NCBI GenBank assembly: GCA_046497275.1
Contig: JAWOFX010000053.1
Location: forward strand, 1 to 32,000
DNA length: 32,000 bases
Reading direction: 5' to 3'
Source: Promethearchaeia archaeon
GTDB taxonomy: Archaea; Asgardarchaeota; Lokiarchaeia; Sigyniarchaeales; SOKP01
Positions 25,752 to 32,000 of this stretch are shown here, piece by piece. A model generated the notes under the pieces. It was not told the origin of the DNA, searched no databases, and was given only the letters and a program-made list of their open reading frames with translations. The translations under genes and the position numbers were made by a program. How positions within the stretch are numbered: position 1 is the stretch's first letter; each line of letters opens with the position of its first letter.

Positions 25752-26915
25752 TTAAGATTTTAACGTTTCTCTTCGTAAGATTTTGATTCTTTTCTTTAAA
25801 TCTATAATTTCTTTGTCCTTTTTTTCTACTTCAGATTCGAATTTTAGTTTTTCATCTTTTAATGTTTGAAGATCGGTAAGAATTTTATCTTCAATCTGTT
25901 CGGCTTCTGATATTTTATCCTGAAATTCTTTTTGTTTCTCTATTAACTCCTTAATGCGATTATCTTTTTCCTTTAACCTATATTGCATATTTGAATATTC
26001 TAATTCAAATTTTCCCGTTAATTCACCTGATTTATGCTGAGTCTGCTCGAGTTTATCTTCAAAGCGAGTTATTATTTCTTGATTTGTGATATCTTTCTGT
26101 TTTAACTTTTCGATTTCCAAGACCAGTGATTCGATGCGTTCTTCTTTTTTTTCTAAATCTTTTTTTACTAGACTAAATGTTTCCATTTGCTGCTCTAATT
26201 CATTAATTTCTTTCTGAGCGTCTGAGAGAGAATTTTTCAATTCAAAAATGTCCTTTTCTTTTTGGGTAATTAGTTCATCTTTTTTTTCAACCAACACTTC
26301 TAATTTATCAAACTTCGATTTCGGTATAGTATCATTCTGTAAATATTGTAATTGTTCATTTAACTCTTTTATCTTCTCATCCTTTTCTTTTATTTTTTCT
26401 GAAAGATCACTTGTTTCAGCTGTTCCAGACCTTAATTCTTCAACAGTGTCTTCTAAACTATTGAGTTCATCTTGAATGTCGGTTATTTTATCTGTTTGAT
26501 CCTGTATTATTCTTTCTTTTTCTTTTAGCCTTTCTTCTAAGGAGTCAATTATTTGATCTTTCTCTTCAATGGTGAGACTTAATTCTTCAAAATCCTCTAC
26601 TTGAGATTCTTCCAATTCGGTGTGTTTCTCCAACTCTGCAATTTTTTCGACTAATTCTTGGTTATGAGTGGATAAGTTTTGAATCTTTGAGTGCAAATTT
26701 TCTTTTTCTTCTTTTAATTCAATTACTCTTTGATTTAGTTCAGCATTTTGTTCTCGAAAAAGATTTATTTGTTCCATAAACTCTTCTTCATCTGATTCAA
26801 TCTCTGGCTCTTCATCACTCTCTTCGACCCAACCAAGTGATGAAAGTGCATCCACAATCGGTTGATCCTCATCCTCCTCAGGGTCGTTCTTATCTTTATT
26901 ATTTGGATTTTGCAT
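25752..26915 (-). CDS. Long coiled-coil protein with acidic N-terminus
   Basis: ~320 aa of near-continuous heptads with recurring (E/K)KD..I..L units; N-terminal DPEEDEDQPIVDALSSLGWVEESDEEPEIESDEEEF; basic C-terminal tip. Confidence 0.8.
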   Translation of the reverse strand: MQNPNNKDKNDPEEDEDQPIVDALSSLGWVEESDEEPEIESDEEEFMEQINLFREQNAELNQRVIELKEEKENLHSKIQNLSTHNQELVEKIAELEKHTELEESQVEDFEELSLTIEEKDQIIDSLEERLKEKERIIQDQTDKITDIQDELNSLEDTVEELRSGTAETSDLSEKIKEKDEKIKELNEQLQYLQNDTIPKSKFDKLEVLVEKKDELITQKEKDIFELKNSLSDAQKEINELEQQMETFSLVKKDLEKKEERIESLVLEIEKLKQKDITNQEIITRFEDKLEQTQHKSGELTGKFELEYSNMQYRLKEKDNRIKELIEKQKEFQDKISEAEQIEDKILTDLQTLKDEKLKFESEVEKKDKEIIDLKKRIKILRRETLKS

Positions 26916-26997
26916 GGTTAAGGGAATTGTTATTTATAATATAACTAAAATATTTTCTTGTTTTTAAAGTAATATTAGGAACTTTCTCTAATAATCT

Positions 26998-27483
26998 TTA
27001 CTCATTATAACTAGTAAAAACATATTTTCGATCAAGGAAAAATTTGGTGATATATCCAATAGAGAGAGCAACGATTAAACTTATTTCTAAGGGAGCAAAA
27101 AAGAAATTTGTCAATAGGAATTGGATTCCAATATTTTCAATGGTGGTAATAATCGCAAATCCAAAGTATTTCAAAAATTCCATTGAAGTTTCCTTGACTT
27201 TTACTTCTTTTTTTTGAAATACAAAAAATTTATCTAGAATATATTTAATAATATACGTGATTGCTACAGCAAAAATAGAACCTACTAATTCTCTCATGTT
27301 ATAAGGTGAGAAAGCGCAATAAAAAGTATATATAAATCCTAAAGTACCAAAATTTGCGCAAATCCAAGGAGCTAAGACGATTTGGTTTAATTTTTGAATT
27401 AAATAATTTAAGAGAATCATTAATAAAGCAAAAAATAGATACAGCGTTATTTGAGTTTTAATGTTATTATTGACTTCCTTCAT
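26998..27483 (-). CDS. GtrA-family membrane protein
   Basis: Four TM helices; twice-repeated KY(F)xLDKxFVF motif (IKYILDKFFVF, TKFFLDRKYVF); EFLKYFGF. Confidence 0.82.
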   Translation of the reverse strand: MKEVNNNIKTQITLYLFFALLMILLNYLIQKLNQIVLAPWICANFGTLGFIYTFYCAFSPYNMRELVGSIFAVAITYIIKYILDKFFVFQKKEVKVKETSMEFLKYFGFAIITTIENIGIQFLLTNFFFAPLEISLIVALSIGYITKFFLDRKYVFTSYNE

Positions 27484-27496
27484 TCAATACTCCTTC

Positions 27497-27823
27497 TTAA
27501 AATCGTTTTTGTAATTTTGCCCCACAATTGGGACAATAATTTAAATTTGGATATTTTATTAATTCTCCACAATTAGGACAAGAATCATATAGTTTATTCT
27601 TTTCCGAAATATTTTCTCTCCTGAGATTTTTATCTTCGTTTCTAGAATCAAATAAAGATTGTTCTTGCTCATTTTCCTGAGAATTAGCATTATTGGATCG
27701 ACATACTGAAGGTAGTACACAAAATAGAGGAACCAGGAAAAGCTCCCCGAAGAAAAGGCTCAAAATAATACTAATTAAGGCGATAATTATCCCAATAATA
27801 ATAGAAAGTATATTCCATTTCAT
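27497..27823 (-). CDS. Small membrane protein with C-terminal double CPxCG zinc ribbon
   Basis: Hydrophobic N-terminal ~40 aa; CPNCGELIKYPNLNYCPNCGAKL. Confidence 0.75.
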   Translation of the reverse strand: MKWNILSIIIGIIIALISIILSLFFGELFLVPLFCVLPSVCRSNNANSQENEQEQSLFDSRNEDKNLRRENISEKNKLYDSCPNCGELIKYPNLNYCPNCGAKLQKRF

Positions 27824-27887
27824 TATAATGATTAGTTAAGAGTTATTTAAAATAAAAAAATTTTGCTAGTCTTATTGGTTTAAGACT

Positions 27888-28523
27888 TTATAAATCCAAT
27901 TTATCTTTCCAATTATCTTTCTTTTCTAATTTCTTAGTTTTAGTCCCTTCTTCGGGATAGTTTTTTGTTGAGCCTATATTTTCAGGTCTACTTGCTGTTG
28001 AATAATCCATAATCTCTGAACTTGTGTCTTGATTTGGCGATAACATCTGCATCATGCCTCCAGTTAAGCTGGATTTTTGCTTGCCGGTAGCTTTTCTATA
28101 AATATATTTAGATACAAAATATATAACTGAAAAGCTTAATGAAAATAAGAGATAAACAGCTACCCATCCATCTCCGAATAGAGGTACTTTAAAAGGTAAA
28201 ATTCCCGAATTATATGGAGCATAAATTAAACCTAATAAAGCAAATATACCAAGAAATATCACGCATCTAACACATAAAGGAACCATTTGCTTTTTCATCA
28301 TATCCTTAGTTAATTCCATTGATTCTGATTGGATCTGTTGCATCATTTGGGGATCTCCAATGAGTTGAGCGTTTTTCATTCTTTCTTGAATATTTCTCGC
28401 TTTTTCTTGTAGTTTACTCATCTCTTCTCTGTTTAATCCAAAGAAATGATTGAATAATAAGCCAATAAGAAACATTCCTAATGTTATAAAAAAGATTTGA
28501 AGTATAATTCCACCGACTGCCAT
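27888..28523 (-). CDS. DUF106 / EMC3-TMCO1-Get1 (Oxa1 superfamily) membrane insertase-like protein
   Basis: TM1, then a Met/Gln-rich cytosolic coiled coil (MSKLQEKARNIQERMK...MMQQIQSESMELTKDMMKKQMVP), TM2, and TM3 with GWVAVYLLFS. Confidence 0.8.
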   Translation of the reverse strand: MAVGGIILQIFFITLGMFLIGLLFNHFFGLNREEMSKLQEKARNIQERMKNAQLIGDPQMMQQIQSESMELTKDMMKKQMVPLCVRCVIFLGIFALLGLIYAPYNSGILPFKVPLFGDGWVAVYLLFSLSFSVIYFVSKYIYRKATGKQKSSLTGGMMQMLSPNQDTSSEIMDYSTASRPENIGSTKNYPEEGTKTKKLEKKDNWKDKLDL

Positions 28524-28626
28524 ATAATATCACTATCTAATTAAATTCTGAATCAAAATTAAAATTTGCTATTATTTTAATTACATCTAACAATTTAAAC
28601 TGAAAGGAATTTAAAATAATGAGAAT

Positions 28627-29706
28627 TTATCGTAAATTACCTCTAAAAATAGATTTAATATACTTCTCATAAATACTCGGCCATCTCGCAGTTAACGAGG
28701 CTACGATTGAACATCCTAATCGACAATGATCACAGAAATCGTAAGAGTCGTGTTCGTTCATAATTTCAATCACTTTTTCTGACCTATAGATATCGGATAA
28801 AGGATATTTTAACGCATCAAAACTAATAATCGGATGTATTTTGCATGGAAAATCGATAAAACCGTTATGCCGTATGAAAAGATAGGCTTCCGCCACATGG
28901 CATCGAATTTTGTCTTGATATTTTGGATTTTGCCCAAATCCGCCTAGCTCAATTGCCTCAATACTAAAAAGATCTGTGAGCACATTTTTATAATCCTTTC
29001 GTAGAGCTTTCACCAACTCTGCCCATAGATGAAGATCGGGGATTAAATCGTTCACCCCATTAGCCCGAAATTCCTTTCCATCATAATTTCTTATGATATC
29101 TTCACATGGATATAATTCAATTGAACAATCCAATTTTTCGGCTAATTCACAGATTTCGGGGAGATATTTTAGATTCGATTTCATAACATTAGTGCTAATT
29201 ATCACATTGATATTATGCTTATGGGCCAATGCTATCGATTCTATAACTTTTTCAAATACGTTCAAACCTCTCATTCTATCATGATGTTTCGCATCAGGAA
29301 AATCTAAAGATAGTAAGATATAATCTAATCCCGTTAGAGAATTATGTTTAAATAAAGTTGGAAGATGATATCCATTAGTTGCTAATCCCGTTGTTAAATT
29401 ATTACGATATCCCGCATATCTTATTAATTCTGGAAGATCCTCTCTAAGAGTAGGTTCCCCTCCCGTAAAGGAAAGTGCTACAACTCCTAAATCAACGATC
29501 TTATCTATTATAGATTTTACTTGATTTGTATTCATTTCTGGATTTTTTAAAGACTTCGGGATTGAAGGGATGGCACAGAATTTACAATTTGCCATGCATT
29601 GTAAAGTTAATTCTATTTGAGCAGAGTAAGGCGTTTTAATATCAGAAAAGTAATTTACAATAAAGTTCTTCAAATAAGAAAGGCCTTTAAATTTCCAGAA
29701 TTGCAT
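28627..29706 (-). CDS. Radical SAM enzyme with C-terminal SPASM/twitch-like cysteines
   Basis: CMANCKFC (Cx3Cx2C), SFTGGEPTLR, ATNG; C-terminal RCH...FPCKIH...CDHCRLGC. Confidence 0.9.
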   Translation of the reverse strand: MQFWKFKGLSYLKNFIVNYFSDIKTPYSAQIELTLQCMANCKFCAIPSIPKSLKNPEMNTNQVKSIIDKIVDLGVVALSFTGGEPTLREDLPELIRYAGYRNNLTTGLATNGYHLPTLFKHNSLTGLDYILLSLDFPDAKHHDRMRGLNVFEKVIESIALAHKHNINVIISTNVMKSNLKYLPEICELAEKLDCSIELYPCEDIIRNYDGKEFRANGVNDLIPDLHLWAELVKALRKDYKNVLTDLFSIEAIELGGFGQNPKYQDKIRCHVAEAYLFIRHNGFIDFPCKIHPIISFDALKYPLSDIYRSEKVIEIMNEHDSYDFCDHCRLGCSIVASLTARWPSIYEKYIKSIFRGNLR

Positions 29707-29844
29707 GATTTAGAGAATATTTAGATTAATAACTAAAATAACTTTAAATTTCAATTAAGATAGCTTTTTTGATTAATTTATACTATTGAGAGTATCGTTG
29801 GTTTTTAATAAAATTATTTTTTTATGAAGTACTTTAGAGATTAA

Positions 29845-31656
29845 ATGATAAAACAAGCGAGAGAAGAGTTCTTTAAAAGAAGAGAACGGTTTTTATCTCA
29901 TGAATATAAATCCAGTTTAAGATTAGTATTGAGTTATTTGTGGGATTACAAATATCATTTCATTTTAGTTGTGTTCTTGGGAATAATCCAATCTATATTA
30001 TTTTTATCCCTTCCCGTACTTGTTGGACCAGCATTAGATATATTGGTTGATCCATCTAGCTTGATTAGCAATGTTTTACCTTTGTTCCTCTTAATGATAA
30101 GTTTGCAAATTAGTGTGGGATTTGTTTTCGCCATTCGAATTTGGACGAATAGATGGGTTGGTACGAATATTATTTATAAATTAAGAAACGATTTATTTTC
30201 AACTATCCAATTAATGAGTTTTTCCTGGCTTGATGAGCATAAAACGGGAGATTTGCTTTCAAGAACTACGAGCGATGTAAATTTACTAAAGGAATTTTTG
30301 GGTAATAATTTGCAGCTATTCTTCAGACAAGCATTTACATTTATACTCAGTTTTTTAATTTTATTTCTAATAAATGTTGAATTGGCCTTATATATTATAG
30401 GCGTCTCTCCAGCGCTATTTTATGTATTATTTAAATTTCGTAAGAAGATGAGACCAGTCTTTAAAAAATCAAGGGAGACTTATTCAGATTTGACTCATAA
30501 AATTCAAGAAAATGTTCAGGGTATTAAGGTGGTGAAATCATTTTCGAGAGAAGACCATGAAATCAAAGAATTCACTAAAATTAATGATGATTACTATGAA
30601 GATTCTATGAATATAATTACCCTACAAGCAACTTTCGATCCTATAATCTATTTAATTGATAATATTGCATTCTTGTTGGTCATTCTTGTTGGAGGAACTC
30701 TAGTTCTAAGAGGAAGAATGACATTTGGAGAATTATTTTCGTTCATATTAGTTATGAATTTTTCTGTTGAACCACTTTATTTTGTAGCTAGGTTTTTAGC
30801 AAATATGCCCCAAATTAGCGAAACAAGTGAGAGAGTTGCTCATATTTTGAAATCTGAAATCGATGTTAAAGAAAGTCTCGCAAAGAAGGAAATGCCTCCA
30901 ATTAAAGGCAAGGTTGAGTTTAATAATGTGTCATTTTCTTATGATTCAGATGGCAAGCAAAGAGTCTTAAAAGATGTTAATATTGCAGTTAATCCAGGTG
31001 AAACCATTGCAATTTTAGGCGCAACTGGATCTGGAAAATCTACATTGATTAAATTAATCCCTCGTTTTTATGAGGTGACAGAGGGAGAAATTTTGATCGA
31101 TGGAGTTAATATCAAAGATGTATCTTTCAAATCATTACGAAAACAAATTGGCTATGTGTCTCAAGATCGTATCCTATTTTCTCGGAGTATTAAAGAGAAT
31201 ATTGCGTTTGGAAAAAGAGATATTAATGAAAGAGCAATAAAAAATGCGGCTAAAATTGCTCATATTGATGAATTTATTGAAGATGAATTACCTAAAAAAT
31301 ATGAAACCAAAGTAGGAGAACGAGGAATGACATTAAGTGGAGGGCAAAAACAGCGTGTTGCTATTGCGAGAGCTCTTGCGGTTAAGCCACGCATACTTCT
31401 TTTGGACGATTGCTTCAGTTCAGTTGACGTTGACACGGAGTATGAGATTCAGAGATTATTAAAAGATGTAATTGAAGATACCACTACATTCTTAATTACA
31501 CAACGCCTAAGCACAGTAAGACATGCAGATAGAATTATGGTTATGGAAAATGGAAGAATTTCACAGTTAGGAAGTCATCAAGATTTAATGAACCAAGAAA
31601 ATGGGATATACAAAAAGCTTTATTTAACCTTAAAGGTGGAGGAAAGATCTCAATGA
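29845..31656 (+). CDS. ABC exporter TMD-NBD subunit with degenerate catalytic residues (TM287-like half of a heterodimer)
   Basis: GDLLSRTTSDV, Walker A GATGSGKS, signature LSGGQKQR, Walker B LLLDD (Asp in place of catalytic Glu), ITQRLST (Gln in place of switch His). Confidence 0.93.
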   Translation: MIKQAREEFFKRRERFLSHEYKSSLRLVLSYLWDYKYHFILVVFLGIIQSILFLSLPVLVGPALDILVDPSSLISNVLPLFLLMISLQISVGFVFAIRIWTNRWVGTNIIYKLRNDLFSTIQLMSFSWLDEHKTGDLLSRTTSDVNLLKEFLGNNLQLFFRQAFTFILSFLILFLINVELALYIIGVSPALFYVLFKFRKKMRPVFKKSRETYSDLTHKIQENVQGIKVVKSFSREDHEIKEFTKINDDYYEDSMNIITLQATFDPIIYLIDNIAFLLVILVGGTLVLRGRMTFGELFSFILVMNFSVEPLYFVARFLANMPQISETSERVAHILKSEIDVKESLAKKEMPPIKGKVEFNNVSFSYDSDGKQRVLKDVNIAVNPGETIAILGATGSGKSTLIKLIPRFYEVTEGEILIDGVNIKDVSFKSLRKQIGYVSQDRILFSRSIKENIAFGKRDINERAIKNAAKIAHIDEFIEDELPKKYETKVGERGMTLSGGQKQRVAIARALAVKPRILLLDDCFSSVDVDTEYEIQRLLKDVIEDTTTFLITQRLSTVRHADRIMVMENGRISQLGSHQDLMNQENGIYKKLYLTLKVEERSQ

Positions 31657-32000
31657 GTCCAGATCAATCTAATCAAGAAAATGAAAAATATAATATTAAG
31701 ACTCTCTACATAATAAAGCGTTTGTTTAAATATATAGGATCTAAAAATCGAAAATATATTTTGCCGTTAGTTATAATCATTATTTTGAATATTTTGTTTA
31801 ATTGGTTCTCTCCTCTCATCTTTCGATATTTGATTGATGAGGGATTGGGTGGATATTTTGGAACGGGAAGTGGTGGAGAAATAGAAATCATTATCACCGC
31901 AGGAGTGCTTTATTCTGTTGTCACGATTTTAAGCGTGTTAACGAGAATCGCACAAGGATTTATAATACAAAAATTAGCAACAATTACAATGTTTAACTTA
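31653..32000 (+). CDS. Second ABC exporter subunit, N-terminal TMD fragment (partial)
   Basis: Not in the track. ATG overlaps the upstream TGA (ATGA 31653-31656) and the frame is open to the window end: MSPDQSNQENEKYNIKTLYIIKRLFKYIG...LPLVIIIILNILFNWFSPLIFRYLIDEGL... Confidence 0.85.
   Translation, partial: MSPDQSNQENEKYNIKTLYIIKRLFKYIGSKNRKYILPLVIIIILNILFNWFSPLIFRYLIDEGLGGYFGTGSGGEIEIIITAGVLYSVVTILSVLTRIAQGFIIQKLATITMFNL

Noticed and set aside
825-31897. Short ORFs in the track that overlap longer genes (825, 1500, 3858, 4503, 6377, 6953, 10460, 10645, 11296, 12184, 16269, 19674, 20666, 24645, 25140, 26248, 29093, 31706)
   Set aside because: All lie antisense to, or in another frame of, well-supported genes and show shadow-ORF composition (S/F/I/L-rich) with no motifs.
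1-32000. CRISPR arrays, tRNA/rRNA genes, IS elements or prophage
   Set aside because: By eye I saw no spaced direct repeats, cloverleaf or long GC-rich structural tracts, and no transposase, integrase or capsid motifs.

Overview
AT-rich, gene-dense chromosomal window that most likely comes from an Asgard archaeon (Lokiarchaeia/Promethearchaeota-like). This assignment is an inference from the gene set: a two-domain gelsolin, a longin/uDENN-like domain fused to a small GTPase, a RING-finger coiled-coil protein, a Loki-CTERM-like sorting signal and an HMf-type histone. About 27 CDSs are supported, two of them truncated by the window edges. Housekeeping and metabolic genes are an MfnF-like methanofuran biosynthesis protein, NOG1 GTPase, asd, 6-phospho-3-hexuloisomerase, an MBL hydrolase, proB-proA with a LysE exporter, a class I/II aminotransferase, GtrA, DUF106/EMC3, a radical SAM enzyme and a heterodimeric ABC exporter. 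There is one MNT-HEPN toxin-antitoxin pair. I saw no rRNA, tRNA, CRISPR array or transposase. The points most worth following up are: (i) a uDENN/longin-GTPase fusion whose switch II reads DICCE instead of DxxGQ; (ii) a tandem pair of novel RHH-type regulators; (iii) a structured GC-rich island upstream of that pair with a K-turn/SECIS-like hairpin but no selenoprotein; (iv) a proteasome beta subunit lacking Thr1, separated from a coiled-coil RING protein only by the TA pair; (v) a protein with four dispersed MIT/TPR-like helical bundles; (vi) a gelsolin with a C-terminal Zn ribbon close to an orphan acidic coiled-coil protein. All family assignments come from motif recognition by eye; no database searches were run.
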